This document shows positions 8,921 to 18,726 of a stretch of 64,000 nucleotides of DNA, piece after piece (position 1 is the first letter of the stretch; every line of letters starts with the position of its first letter). The notes beneath the pieces are model-generated. The model did no database searches and was not told the DNA's origin. It saw only the letters and a list, made by a program, of their open reading frames with translations. The translations under genes were made by a program, and so were the position numbers. This DNA comes from Bacteriovoracia bacterium (GTDB taxonomy: Bacteria; Bdellovibrionota; UBA1018; JBFWNL01): NCBI GenBank assembly GCA_050251055.1, contig JBFWNL010000001.1, positions 612,449-676,448 of the forward strand, written 5' to 3'.

Positions 8921-10297
8921 CTACCAAAGTTTACGCAGGACCGCATCCGGATAATAGTGTTTTAGGATCGCGGCCATCGACTTGCCCTGCTCACCCATGG
9001 TTTTGGCGCCCCACTGGCACATGCCCACCCCGTGCCCGTAACCCTTGCCTTTAAAAACCCAGGTCTGCTTGGCTCCTCCAGCCGTAACTTCAAACGCCGT
9101 GCTTTTCAGCCTTGCCGTACCCAAGCCGTTACGCAAAAGCACCGCCGGTACCGGCCAGCTCACGCGGCGCTCGCCCAGCTGCCACTGCATCAACACGGAC
9201 TCCACGCGGCCGGAAGCATCCAACGGCCCCGCGGCCATCTCGCGCAGCTCGCCACGCGCCAAAACATCGGACCAATCCGCAGGCCAGGTAGACGGCGCCC
9301 CTTCCCGCTTCGCGGCGTCCCGCAGGAGATTCGAAATCTCGCCGCCGCCCACTTCTAGCTCCCAGCGAAAACGCGGCGACCCCTTGCAATAAGGGCATAC
9401 GACCCGCCGCTGAAAACCCGGCGTCGACGCGCCCCAAACCTGCTCCGGTACCTGCGTGCTCCCGCCGCAGGTGGAGTGATAAAAAGCCTTGATCGGAAAG
9501 ACGCGGGGCTCACGCGAGGAATCCGCGAGAGAAAGAATCATCCCTTCCGTCCGGCTAGCCACCCGTGCCGCTTTGAAGTGCTCCGAAGCGATACCGTCGT
9601 AAACTTGATCCTTCACCGTGGAGTCGAGATCGAAATGCTGGCCCTTTCGGCGAGCGGTAATCAACTGGTGGTACGCGTACGTGCGCGCCGCCACCACCTG
9701 CGCGGCCACCGATTCAGATGCCCACTCGGGCGAAAACTCGGTTCCCACCAAGCCGTCGAGGTACTTTTCGATGTCGACGACGTTCACCACGTCACAACGA
9801 CTTCCGACCGGTTGAATTTTGATCTCATCGCGGTAGGGCCGGCCCAGCGCCGATAGAAATCCCGCTTCGGTGTGCACATATAGAGGACCGCGAAACCGCA
9901 CCGGCGGCGGCACCTTCCCCGCCGGGGCGCCTTCGACTGCTTTCGCGCGTCCCGACACTTCACCGCCGGCGCAGCGAAACTCCCATTCGCCGATGGCCGC
10001 TCCCATCGCCAGCACCCGAGCATAGGCCGAATTTCCGGCCGGCGTACGATTCACCACTTTTTCGTATACCCGCAAATCCATGCCCCGGACTTTCACCAAG
10101 GATTGCCGATGGGCGATGCGCACGCGGATCGCCGGCTTTTTCACTAAGCTCGGGGCGCCCGCATCGAACGGAACTTTGGCGGCTTCGGTACGGGATTGAA
10201 GAAAGGCGACCAGAGAAAATGCCGCGAACGCGCCGAGAAAATTCGCGCGGCCCCAACTCCATTTGGGTCTTGCCGACAAACGCCTCCGTGTTTGCAC
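8921..10297 (-). CDS. SpoIID/LytB-domain protein (amidase enhancer / lytic transglycosylase-like).
   Basis: N-terminal signal sequence. The FYHSTCGGST motif and the C-terminal GYGHGVGMCQWGA motif are typical of SpoIID/LytB. Confidence 0.75.
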   Translation of the reverse strand: MQTRRRLSARPKWSWGRANFLGAFAAFSLVAFLQSRTEAAKVPFDAGAPSLVKKPAIRVRIAHRQSLVKVRGMDLRVYEKVVNRTPAGNSAYARVLAMGAAIGEWEFRCAGGEVSGRAKAVEGAPAGKVPPPVRFRGPLYVHTEAGFLSALGRPYRDEIKIQPVGSRCDVVNVVDIEKYLDGLVGTEFSPEWASESVAAQVVAARTYAYHQLITARRKGQHFDLDSTVKDQVYDGIASEHFKAARVASRTEGMILSLADSSREPRVFPIKAFYHSTCGGSTQVPEQVWGASTPGFQRRVVCPYCKGSPRFRWELEVGGGEISNLLRDAAKREGAPSTWPADWSDVLARGELREMAAGPLDASGRVESVLMQWQLGERRVSWPVPAVLLRNGLGTARLKSTAFEVTAGGAKQTWVFKGKGYGHGVGMCQWGAKTMGEQGKSMAAILKHYYPDAVLRKLW

Positions 10298-10348
10298 CGT
10301 CGGTTATTGTAACATACTTCAGAATGCGCGAAGCGTTATTATTAAGGA

Positions 10349-11242
10349 TTAGCCCAGGCGAATCCCGGAGCGCGCGAGCGCTTCTGGGTGCACGAGAACA
10401 TTATCGATGAGCCGGGTCGCCCCCAAGAAAGCCGCCGCGGCGACGAGGTAGGACCTTCCGCTCTCGGCCGTTTGGGTCTGGGCGGGAACCAGCTCCGGAG
10501 CCTCCATGCACTCCAGATACTGCACGCGAAAACCCGCGTTCGCCAGCATTTCACGGGCGCGCGCCAGCACGACCGGAATCGGCTCGCCGGCTTCGAGCTT
10601 TTCGCCCGCGCGTTTGAGCTCCTGATAAAGGCGGGGCGCGAGCCGACGATCCTCCCCACTCAAGTACCGGTTGCGCGAGCTCAGCGCCAGCCCATCGGCT
10701 TCCCGCACCGTCGCGATCGCCGAAACCTGGGTATCGAGATTCAGGTCTTTCCCCATCTTGTGCAAAACGAAGAATTGCTGGGCGTCTTTGAATCCAAACA
10801 ACGCAAGCTGCGGTCGTACCAGCTGGAAAAGCTTGAGCACGACCGTGGTCACGCCCCGAAAATGGCCCGGACGAAAACGGCCGCAAAGTTCCTGTGAGAG
10901 CTGAGTCTCTTCGACGTAAGTAGAAAAATCGGTCGGGAACAGCGTCGCGGCCGACGGCGCGAAGATCACGTCCACTTTCTCCTCGCGGCAAACCCGCATG
11001 TCTTCGGCCTGGGTCCGCGGATACTTTTCAAAGTCCTCGCCCGGGGCGAACTGCGTGGGATTCACGAAGATCGAGACGACGCTTTGCTCGCAGCGCGGCC
11101 GGATCTGGCGCATGAGTGCCGCGTGGCCCGCATGCAGCGCGCCCATCGTGGGAACGAAACCCACCGTACCGCCCACGGATCGCCGCCAGGCCTTCAGCTC
11201 GTCGAGATCCTGGATGACTTTGATCTCTTTACGGTCAGGCAT
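10349..11242 (-). CDS. panC: Pantoate--beta-alanine ligase.
   Basis: GFVPTMGALHAGHAALMRQ (the HxGH region) and SRNRYLS motifs. Length is 297 aa. Confidence 0.85.
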   Translation of the reverse strand: MPDRKEIKVIQDLDELKAWRRSVGGTVGFVPTMGALHAGHAALMRQIRPRCEQSVVSIFVNPTQFAPGEDFEKYPRTQAEDMRVCREEKVDVIFAPSAATLFPTDFSTYVEETQLSQELCGRFRPGHFRGVTTVVLKLFQLVRPQLALFGFKDAQQFFVLHKMGKDLNLDTQVSAIATVREADGLALSSRNRYLSGEDRRLAPRLYQELKRAGEKLEAGEPIPVVLARAREMLANAGFRVQYLECMEAPELVPAQTQTAESGRSYLVAAAAFLGATRLIDNVLVHPEALARSGIRLG

Positions 11243-12521
11243 GGGCTTCCGGTCCCACTTGGGCGCGGTGACGCCGGAGGGACTCGATGCGGTGGACGAG
11301 CTTTTCCGCCACGCGTGCTTTAGGCATGGAAGAGATCTTTTCTACTTCCACCCGCGACAACCACCACCCCTCATTCGCATCGGACTCGAAGCCTGCCCCC
11401 GCGCGAGAGACGTCATTTACGAAAATCGCGTCGCAGCCCTTGGCGGCCAACTTCAGCTTGGCGTTTTCCAAGTGCCGATCGGTTTCGGCCGCAAAGCCCA
11501 GCACGAATTGATGGGGGCGCTTGCGCTGGGCGACTTCGGCCAGGATATCGGGCGTTGCGCGCAAATGAGGCGCAGGCACCCCATCTTTTCCGGTTTTCTT
11601 GATTTTCGTGGGGCTTGCCCCGTCGAACTCCCAATCCAAGACGGCGGCCGTGCTGATAAACACATCGGCGGATGGGAAGCGCTCGCGAACGGCATCGGCC
11701 ATTTCGGACGTCGTCGTCACCCAAGTGACCGACGCGCCAGGCGGGAAGCTCAACTCCGAGCTCACGGGACCGCTTACCGCCTCGACATCCATTCCGTGCA
11801 GAGCGGCCTGCCACGCCAAGGCCACGCCCATTTTTCCACTCGAGCGATTGGTGAGAAAACGCACCGGATCGAGATAAGAACGTGTCGGTCCCAAAGTCAC
11901 CAGTAGGCGCGGACGGGGGCCGCCGCGCGTGGCGAGCCGAGCGGAGCGCACGGCCATCTCCGCTAACACGGCATCGGGCTCGAGCATGCGTCCCGTGCCC
12001 GTTTCTCCGCAGGCCATGTCGCCAGCCGCCGGGCCCAGGATCTCGGCTCCCCGCTCGCGCAACGTGCGGAGATTCGCCTGCACCGCGACGTGCTCGAACA
12101 TGGCGGGATTCATCGCGGGCGCCAGGAAAAGCGGCGCGCGCGAGGCGAGCACTTCGGTCGCCAGTAAGTCATCGGCCATCCCATGCGCGAGGCGCGCGAT
12201 CGTATTGGCGGAAGCTGGCGCCACCAAGATCAGGTCCGCCCAGCGCGCAGTCGCGATATGATGGGTGCCATCCCCGGCCAGCTCGCCGTCCGCCTGCCAG
12301 AATCCCCGCAAAACCTTTTCTCCGGATAGCGTTTCGAGGGTAGTCGTCGTCACGAACTTCTCCGCCGAAGCCGTCAGCACCACCTTGACCTCCGCGCCGC
12401 AATCTTTCAATCCGCGCACGAGATCGACCGCTTTGAACGCGGCGATGCTCCCGCTGACCCCTAGCAGGATGCGTTTGCCGGAAAAATAGGGTGTGAGGTT
12501 ATCTCTTAGAAATGGATTCAT
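11235..12521 (-). CDS. coaBC: Bifunctional phosphopantothenoylcysteine decarboxylase / phosphopantothenate-cysteine ligase.
   Basis: KRILLGVSGSIAAFK is the flavoprotein N-terminus, followed by a CoaB-type C-terminal half. Length is 428 aa. It overlaps the panC start by 8 bp. Confidence 0.85.
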   Translation of the reverse strand: MNPFLRDNLTPYFSGKRILLGVSGSIAAFKAVDLVRGLKDCGAEVKVVLTASAEKFVTTTTLETLSGEKVLRGFWQADGELAGDGTHHIATARWADLILVAPASANTIARLAHGMADDLLATEVLASRAPLFLAPAMNPAMFEHVAVQANLRTLRERGAEILGPAAGDMACGETGTGRMLEPDAVLAEMAVRSARLATRGGPRPRLLVTLGPTRSYLDPVRFLTNRSSGKMGVALAWQAALHGMDVEAVSGPVSSELSFPPGASVTWVTTTSEMADAVRERFPSADVFISTAAVLDWEFDGASPTKIKKTGKDGVPAPHLRATPDILAEVAQRKRPHQFVLGFAAETDRHLENAKLKLAAKGCDAIFVNDVSRAGAGFESDANEGWWLSRVEVEKISSMPKARVAEKLVHRIESLRRHRAQVGPEAHA

Positions 12522-13299
12522 GCAGGTAAACCAGTCCGCGCAAAGTCAGGTCCGGATCGAAGCGATCGATCTCTTGGGCGATGCCCCTCAGCAGGGCGCT
12601 CACCCCGCCGGTAGCGACCACGCGACACTCGCGCGTGCCCAGCTCCGCCTTGAACCTTTGCACCATGCCATCGATCATCGAGGCGTAGCCCAACAGAATC
12701 CCGCTGCGAAGCGCGTCCTGGGTATTGCTCCCGATCGCGCGTTCCGGCGGCAAGAGCTCGATCGACGGAAGCTTCGCGGTTTTGCGCGCCAGTGTTTCCA
12801 TGGAAAGCTCGATGCCCGGCAAGATGGCGCCGCCTAGATATTCGGGACGGTCGCCGCCCCGGCCCGGCGCTACCGCGCACAGCGTGGTGGCGGTGCCCGA
12901 ATCGACGATGATCACGGGCGCGCCGCCCTCGCGGACCGCCGCTTCGGCGTTGACCAAGCGGTCGGAACCCACCTGGTTGCTGGGATTTGCTCGGATAGAA
13001 AACGAAAACGGGAGTTGATCGGTCACTTCGTGGAACGCGGCCTTCAATCCGGAGACCTCGGTCCTCCGCCATAGCGAGCGGTAAGCGCCCGTCACCGGCG
13101 GTACCACCGACGAGATCATCGCCGACTTCACGTGGCTGAGCGACAGTCCCTCGCGCATGAAAAGCCCGTCCAGCTTGAGCTGAAGCTCGTCCGATGTCAG
13201 TAAGGGATGCGTGGAAATGCGCCAGGTTCGGCGTAGCTGGCCGTCCACGAAACAGCCGAGCACGGTGTGGGAGTTGCCGACATCAATGGCTAAGAACAT
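12499..13299 (-). CDS. coaX: Type III pantothenate kinase.
   Basis: MFLAIDVGNSHTVLGCF is the conserved CoaX N-terminus. The ORF track extends 18 codons further upstream, and I place the start at this internal Met. Confidence 0.8.
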   Translation of the reverse strand: MFLAIDVGNSHTVLGCFVDGQLRRTWRISTHPLLTSDELQLKLDGLFMREGLSLSHVKSAMISSVVPPVTGAYRSLWRRTEVSGLKAAFHEVTDQLPFSFSIRANPSNQVGSDRLVNAEAAVREGGAPVIIVDSGTATTLCAVAPGRGGDRPEYLGGAILPGIELSMETLARKTAKLPSIELLPPERAIGSNTQDALRSGILLGYASMIDGMVQRFKAELGTRECRVVATGGVSALLRGIAQEIDRFDPDLTLRGLVYLHESISKR

Positions 13300-14131
13300 C
13301 CGCCCTCCCGTCCGCCGGAGTCGCGGCGCCTTCCGCGCGCGTCCGCTCGACATACTTAGCCACCCCTTGCAAAAACGCTTCTCCCAAAGATGCGGTAGGA
13401 GTCACGAACCTCGGCACGTGGCCGATGGTCAGCCCCAGCAGGTCGTGCGTGACCAGGACTTGGCCGTCGCAATCCGTGCCGGAACCAATGCCGATCGTCG
13501 GCACTGGCACCGCGCGCGAGATTTCCGCCGCGAGGCCCGCCTCCACGCACTCCAAAACGATGGCGAATGCGCCCGCGTCGGCGAGATCCCGGGCCGACTG
13601 CAATAGAAAGTGGCGTTCGTCGGGGGTCTTACCGTGCATCCGGTAGGTCCCCATCGCGTGGATGCTCTGCGGAGTGAGGCCGATATGGCCACAGACCGGA
13701 ATGCCCGCGCGCGAAAGATCGCGTACGAGCTCGGCGACCTCGCTGCCTCCCTCGAGCTTCACCGCCTTCACGCGGGCTTCCTTCAAGAATCGCCCGGCGT
13801 TCGAAATCGCTTGCTCACGGCTTACCTGATAGCTCATGAATGGGAGATCCCCGATCACGAGCGCCCTTCGACAAGCATGGCTGACCGCGCGCCCGTGGCG
13901 AAGCATGTCTTCCATGGTGACCGAAAGCGTATTGGGCTCGCCATACATGACCGGTCCCAAGCTATCGCCGACCAAGACCATGTCCACCCCCGCGCGGTCG
14001 ATCAGAGTCGCCATCGGGTAGTCGTAGGCCGTGAGCATGCTTAAGCGTTGACGGCCTTTCTGGGCACGGACCCAAGGTACCGTGACGGGTTTAACGGGGC
14101 CGGCGGGGGCCGGTTCTAGGTAACTACTCAT
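13283..14131 (-). CDS. panB: 3-methyl-2-oxobutanoate hydroxymethyltransferase.
   Basis: LSMLTAYDYPMATLIDRAGVDMVLVGDSLG is the PanB signature. Confidence 0.85.
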   Translation of the reverse strand: MSSYLEPAPAGPVKPVTVPWVRAQKGRQRLSMLTAYDYPMATLIDRAGVDMVLVGDSLGPVMYGEPNTLSVTMEDMLRHGRAVSHACRRALVIGDLPFMSYQVSREQAISNAGRFLKEARVKAVKLEGGSEVAELVRDLSRAGIPVCGHIGLTPQSIHAMGTYRMHGKTPDERHFLLQSARDLADAGAFAIVLECVEAGLAAEISRAVPVPTIGIGSGTDCDGQVLVTHDLLGLTIGHVPRFVTPTASLGEAFLQGVAKYVERTRAEGAATPADGRADVLSH

Positions 14132-15096
14132 AGCTCGGAAACCAGATGTGGTCGTGGGCTGGAAGCAATCGGGCGAACGCGGTTTTTTTCGGCGCCAGCG
14201 AGCTCCTCACGAATCGTCGCGGCGCCCGCTTCCCACTCGCGTGCGCGCACGTACTCGACGAAGCGGCCATCGAGAATTTCGGCAAACTGGCGCGACAGCG
14301 CGTCTCGCGCGCCTAGACGTTCCAACCGATCGCGCATAGCGACCGTGCCCACCTTCGCCACTTCGCTAATACGATCCCAGGTCGCCTGGGGGCCGTCCCC
14401 GCGCACGAGACCGGCAATGAGTTCCATCTCGCTTAAGCATTCCTCACGGATCAACGCCTCCGGCACGCCGGCGTCCCGCATCGCCGCCATGGTCCAGGTC
14501 AGAAATGGGAACATCGTCCCGCAAAGCAAGCCCTGCTCGGACATCAAATCGCCGATGGTTTCCTTCTCGAAAGAAGTCTCCACGATATTCTTAGGCGCAA
14601 ACCCCAGATCCCGCGCCAATGCGGCGGCTACTTCCCGGCGGTGAAAGGGCGCGCTCGAAGCGGCAACCAGCGTATGCGTTCCCGTAGAGGACTCGCGACG
14701 CGCGTCTTGAAAATGAGAAAGGAGCTTCGGACCGATCGCCTTCGGAGCGAGCAGGATCGGATCGTGGCCCGGCGAAAGGTCCCGCAGGTCGCCGGCATAC
14801 ACCGCGTAGCCATGCGCGAGCACGATGGCGAGCGGATCCGGAACGCCCGCGAGGAAGTCACGATAAACCTTGCCAACTTGCAAATCTGGCAAGAGCATCG
14901 CCACCACGCCCGGCTTCGGTCCACGCGCAAGTGACGTCGCCAGCTCAGGGAGCAACGAAACGGAAAACCCAAGCTCTTGGGCCCGGCGAAAACCTTCGCC
15001 CGACCGGTGCAAATAGATATGAACCTCTTGGCCACTTTGGCGGAGACACTGCGCCCAGGCCGACCCCTGACTGCCGAAACCAACAATGTGAATCAT
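14128..15096 (-). CDS. ilvC: Ketol-acid reductoisomerase (IlvC family), embedded in the pantothenate cluster and probably serving as ketopantoate reductase.
   Basis: IHIVGFGSQGSAWAQCLRQSG is the KARI Rossmann motif. ETSFEKETIGDLMSEQGLLCG matches the KARI ETxFxEETExDLFGEQxVLCGG motif. Confidence 0.7.
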   Translation of the reverse strand: MIHIVGFGSQGSAWAQCLRQSGQEVHIYLHRSGEGFRRAQELGFSVSLLPELATSLARGPKPGVVAMLLPDLQVGKVYRDFLAGVPDPLAIVLAHGYAVYAGDLRDLSPGHDPILLAPKAIGPKLLSHFQDARRESSTGTHTLVAASSAPFHRREVAAALARDLGFAPKNIVETSFEKETIGDLMSEQGLLCGTMFPFLTWTMAAMRDAGVPEALIREECLSEMELIAGLVRGDGPQATWDRISEVAKVGTVAMRDRLERLGARDALSRQFAEILDGRFVEYVRAREWEAGAATIREELAGAEKNRVRPIASSPRPHLVSEL

Positions 15097-15205
15097 AAAG
15101 ACCCCCTTTGGCGCTACCCTTGGGGGGGGCTTGTATCACCTGGGTCCCTAGCCGGCAACTTGACGGCCGACACCGCCTCAGATAACGCTGCGCATTTTTA
15201 GAGTT

Positions 15206-15703
15206 TCAGTACTCTTCGCAGCCGACTTCGCCGTACTCGGCTCGACAATTCTTGCCACACTTGATGATACCGTAGGCTTCCACACAGGAATGGGTGGATT
15301 TACGGCCGCAATAGACTTTCCCAAAGCCCACCATGCAACCATAGCCGCACTTACGAATACCGCCAAACTCAAGGCAGCCCCATCCCTCGCCGCCCCGATT
15401 CACCGGTCCGCTGGCGGCGACGATGTTGTCCTGCAGGGAGCGATCTTGCTTCCCTTGCACGTAGCCATCCCGATACCCCTTCTCAGTGCCGGCCTTCTGT
15501 TTTTCCAAACAGGGCTGGGCCACGCGCAGGTCCATCTCGCGGCTATTGAGTGAGTCATTCATCCCCCGCTTGAACGCGGCGTCGTAGTTGCAATTCTCTT
15601 CCTGATAGCGCTCCTGCATCGAGGCGCAGCCCACTAGGCCACCGGCCGCTCCGGCCAGTAAGATCATGCCGAGCGCGCGGGAGAAACGGCTACTTCTTCC
15701 CAT
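15206..15703 (-). CDS. Cys-rich lipoprotein, hypothetical.
   Basis: Lipobox [12 protein letters not shown]. The C-terminal half has 12 Cys in a repeated G.(K)CG pattern: [30 protein letters not shown]. Confidence 0.5.
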   Translation of the reverse strand: MGRSSRFSRALGMILLAGAAGGLVGCASMQERYQEENCNYDAAFKRGMNDSLNSREMDLRVAQPCLEKQKAGTEKGYRDGYVQGKQDRSLQDNIVAASGPVNRGGEGWGCLEFGGIRKCGYGCMVGFGKVYCGRKSTHSCVEAYGIIKCGKNCRAEYGEVGCEEY

Positions 15704-16445
15704 TCAGGAGGGCTCCTACGATCTCTAACGGCAGCGGGAGGACGATCGTGGTGGTTTTCTCGTGCGACATCTGCTGCACCGTCTGCAGGTAACGCAGCTG
15801 CAAGGACATCGGATTTTGGGCCATGGTATTGGCCGCCTGGGAAAGTTTTTCGGAAGCCTGCAGCTCCGCCTCGGAAGAGATGATCTTCGAGCGACGCTCG
15901 CGTTCGGCCTCCGCCTGCTTCGCCATCGCCCGTTGCATCTCGACGGGCAAGTCTACCTGCTTCACTTCCACGTTGGCGACCTTCACGCCCCACGGTTCGG
16001 TCTGCTTATCCAAAATGCCTTGTAGCTTGTGATTGATTGATTCCCGCTCGGCGAGCAACGTATCGAGTTCGACCTGCCCGAGCACGGAGCGCAGCGTAGT
16101 CTGCGCGAGCTTCGAGGTCGCGAGCAGATAATTCTCAACTTCGATCACCGCACGGTTGGGATCGACCACCTTGAAGTAGATCACGGCGTTCACCTTGATC
16201 GTCACGTTGTCGCGCGTGATGATGTCCTGCGGAGGAACGTCCATGGTGATCACGCGCATATCGACGCGCACCATGCGATCGATAATAGGGATCAAGATGA
16301 TCAAGCCTGGCCCCTTTGCTCCGATAATACGGCCCAAGCGGAAGATCACTCCCCGCTCATACTCGTTCAAGATCTTTAAGCTGAAAAAAAGAAAAACGAC
16401 GATCGCGGCAATAATAAACATAGCGGCTCCTAGCATTGACTCCAT
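15690..16445 (-). CDS. SPFH/band-7 (stomatin-like) membrane protein.
   Basis: N-terminal TM segment, followed by ...[15 protein letters not shown]...[19 protein letters not shown]... typical of stomatin/HflK-C proteins. Confidence 0.8.
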   Translation of the reverse strand: MESMLGAAMFIIAAIVVFLFFSLKILNEYERGVIFRLGRIIGAKGPGLIILIPIIDRMVRVDMRVITMDVPPQDIITRDNVTIKVNAVIYFKVVDPNRAVIEVENYLLATSKLAQTTLRSVLGQVELDTLLAERESINHKLQGILDKQTEPWGVKVANVEVKQVDLPVEMQRAMAKQAEAERERRSKIISSEAELQASEKLSQAANTMAQNPMSLQLRYLQTVQQMSHEKTTTIVLPLPLEIVGALLNGKK

Positions 16446-16478
16446 CTGCGGCCATCATGGCCGAAAACGGCCCCGATT

Positions 16479-17036
16479 TCACCGGGAAATTTGCAAACCC
16501 AATTCCTTCGCCACCCGCTGCAAATCTTCCCAAGCGGCTTTCTTCGCCGCGGGATGCGCAAGTAAATGTCCCGGATGGTAGGTCGGCACGACGCGAGTAC
16601 CCCGAAATTCAAAAGTTTCCCCGCGCAGACGCTCTAGCTCGATCGTCGGGTCGGCCAAGGCTAAACGGGCCGCGCCCGCACCCAAAACTGCGATCACTTT
16701 CACTCCGGTGGAAACCAAGTGGCGCCCAAGGCAGTCGGCGCAAACGACCGGCACCACCCCCACTTCATCGCTCTGCAATCCCATCGCGCCCATCGCGGCG
16801 ATCATTTTATCGAGAAGCTGTCGCTCCGCTCCCGTCAGCGTGCCTGCCGATGCATCCACGGCGAAAAGCACCCGCCAACGGGCATCACCAGAAACGGCCT
16901 TACCGGCGCACAAAGGGCACGCCGTGGCGTCCTGGACCTGAGAGTTCTGGCTTGCCTTTTTGACGCTGCGTGCCATAATCAGCGTGTTTGGGGGGAGGAA
17001 CCCCTCCCAGTGGGGGGTGGACATGGCCGGCATCAT
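16479..17036 (-). CDS. Uracil-DNA glycosylase superfamily protein, family-4-like, with an atypical motif A.
   Basis: ACPLC...AGTLTGAERQLLDKM resembles the family-4 G.PFVG.AGQLLDKM region. TYHPGHLLAHP matches HPSPL-type motif B. The GEAPG position reads VDASAG. Confidence 0.55.
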   Translation of the reverse strand: MMPAMSTPHWEGFLPPNTLIMARSVKKASQNSQVQDATACPLCAGKAVSGDARWRVLFAVDASAGTLTGAERQLLDKMIAAMGAMGLQSDEVGVVPVVCADCLGRHLVSTGVKVIAVLGAGAARLALADPTIELERLRGETFEFRGTRVVPTYHPGHLLAHPAAKKAAWEDLQRVAKELGLQISR

Positions 17037-17059
17037 GCGGGATAAGCCCTGGATTGTAA

Positions 17060-17599
17060 ATGGCGTTTAAAACCTTCTACACCTCCGTCACGACCCTGCT
17101 TTTTGGAGTAGGAATTCTTTTGACCGTCCCGGCGGCCCACGCCGGCGTGTGGGTTCAGGGAGGTTTTTCCTTCCTACAGTCCACGGAAACCCAGGGCGGT
17201 ACGAGCGAGACTCGCATCCGTACCCTCACCACCCTCACCGGGGGTTATCGATTCGTGCAGGGATTTTTCGTGGGAGCCCAGTATTTGTTTTCGCGCGATT
17301 CCGCCACCCCGTCGAGTGCTTGGGCTATTGGCCCCAAAGGGGGGTTCCAGTACGGGGGATTCGAATTCACGGCGGCCTACCTACCGATCGCTCGCGATAG
17401 CTACGCGGCGGGGGTCCGCACGGGAAATGGGTTCGCGCTCAACCTCGGCTACGCGTGGGAAATCACGGGTCCCCTTCGCCTGGGCTTTTACGTGACCTAC
17501 TGGACGGTAACTTACGCCAAACTCAACGGCGCGGATCTCTTCATTCGCCCCCAGGTCAATTATATCTCTCCCCAGCTCGCGCTCGTCTTCGCATTCTAA
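17060..17599 (+). CDS. Small outer-membrane beta-barrel protein (OmpA/OmpW-like, 8-strand type).
   Basis: Signal peptide ...LLTVPAAHA, alternating hydrophobic/aromatic strands, and a C-terminal ...LALVFAF ending in Phe. Confidence 0.6.
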   Translation: MAFKTFYTSVTTLLFGVGILLTVPAAHAGVWVQGGFSFLQSTETQGGTSETRIRTLTTLTGGYRFVQGFFVGAQYLFSRDSATPSSAWAIGPKGGFQYGGFEFTAAYLPIARDSYAAGVRTGNGFALNLGYAWEITGPLRLGFYVTYWTVTYAKLNGADLFIRPQVNYISPQLALVFAF

Positions 17600-17662
17600 G
17601 CGTTTTCGCGTTTTCACTAGGTCAAAAACGACACATTCTCAAGCGACCGCCCCTCAGCGATA

Positions 17663-18205
17663 ATGATTGATGAGGCGTTCCGGTGTAAGGGTACAGAGCA
17701 AGGATCTTTTGTGAAACACTATTCGTGTCTTCTGATCGCCTTCACCACGTGCGCGCTCGTCACGGGCTGCGCCAAGAAAACATTTTCCATCAAGACATCG
17801 CCGTCGACTCCCAGTCTTTTCCAATCCACGGCCGCGTACTCCGACATCGCGGGCAGCGACGCGACAGCGGAACCCACCTGGACTCGTTTCAAGCTAGTCG
17901 TGACGAACAACGGCACCGATACGGGTTGCGTAGGCACCGTGCGGGTAAAATTCAGCGACGTAAACAACACGGTCTGCGAATTCGTCGCCACCGAGTTTAG
18001 TTTGACCGCTTTCATGACCGTTCCCGCCGGTGAAACGGTAACTAGCACGCAGAGCTTTTATTGCACTGGGATCGGCGACGAAGAGGATCCGGTCACCGCG
18101 ATCAACGGCACCATCGAAGCCATCGGTTGGGTAGGTAGCGATTGCACGGCCGAAGACGCCGACAAGGCCGCGAGCGGCGAAGCGGGCTTCAGCGCCGTCG
18201 AGTAG
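17663..18205 (+). CDS. Lipoprotein, hypothetical.
   Basis: Lipobox ALVTGC. Thr/Ser-rich with several Cys. No recognised domain. Confidence 0.45.
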   Translation: MIDEAFRCKGTEQGSFVKHYSCLLIAFTTCALVTGCAKKTFSIKTSPSTPSLFQSTAAYSDIAGSDATAEPTWTRFKLVVTNNGTDTGCVGTVRVKFSDVNNTVCEFVATEFSLTAFMTVPAGETVTSTQSFYCTGIGDEEDPVTAINGTIEAIGWVGSDCTAEDADKAASGEAGFSAVE

Positions 18206-18212
18206 CGAACCC

Positions 18213-18467
18213 TCACTGCAAGCGATGCATCAAGCTGCGGACCTTGACTCCGCATTCGGGGCATTTGGCCGATTCCATCGTCAAGTTGCGGCTGAAGTCG
18301 GTGCTATGGGTAAAGTGGAGGTTGCCTCCGCAAAGGCCACAGTGGGTATATCGGTCCACCATTTCCTTTGCGGAGCCAAAGACGCGGCCGAAAGAGTCTT
18401 CGCCTTCGAGGTTTCCCTCGCTCTCGACCAACTCCTGATCCAGCATTTCGTCTTCTCGTTGCGACAT
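18213..18467 (-). CDS. Small zinc-ribbon protein (84 aa).
   Basis: HCGLCGGNLHF...CPECG forms a CxxC...CxxC ribbon, with an acidic N-terminus. Confidence 0.4.
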   Translation of the reverse strand: MSQREDEMLDQELVESEGNLEGEDSFGRVFGSAKEMVDRYTHCGLCGGNLHFTHSTDFSRNLTMESAKCPECGVKVRSLMHRLQ

Positions 18468-18726
18468 CGAAACCTCCGAGCTTGGGCGCTCACTAGGGCC
18501 TATTCGTGTGTGTGGTGTGCGAAAAAACTCCCTCTTGTCTTCCCCATTGGAGCCACTTGAGGTGCCCGTTCCTTGGGCCGCACATGAAAGAGTTCGGATC
18601 TAAGCCAAGGTTTCTAAATAGGAATTATTTGCCCCGAGAATATGGGGACAGAAAGCCGAAAACACGCGTCCAGAGCGGACTTTGAAGGTAGGCAGAATTT
18701 ACCGAAAAACCGGGAAAAAGACGGGT

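Noticed and set aside
10998-11906. 302-aa plus-strand ORF overlapping panC/coaBC, and 46607..47188 overlapping the GDPD gene.
   Set aside because: Antisense to genes with unmistakable catalytic motifs.
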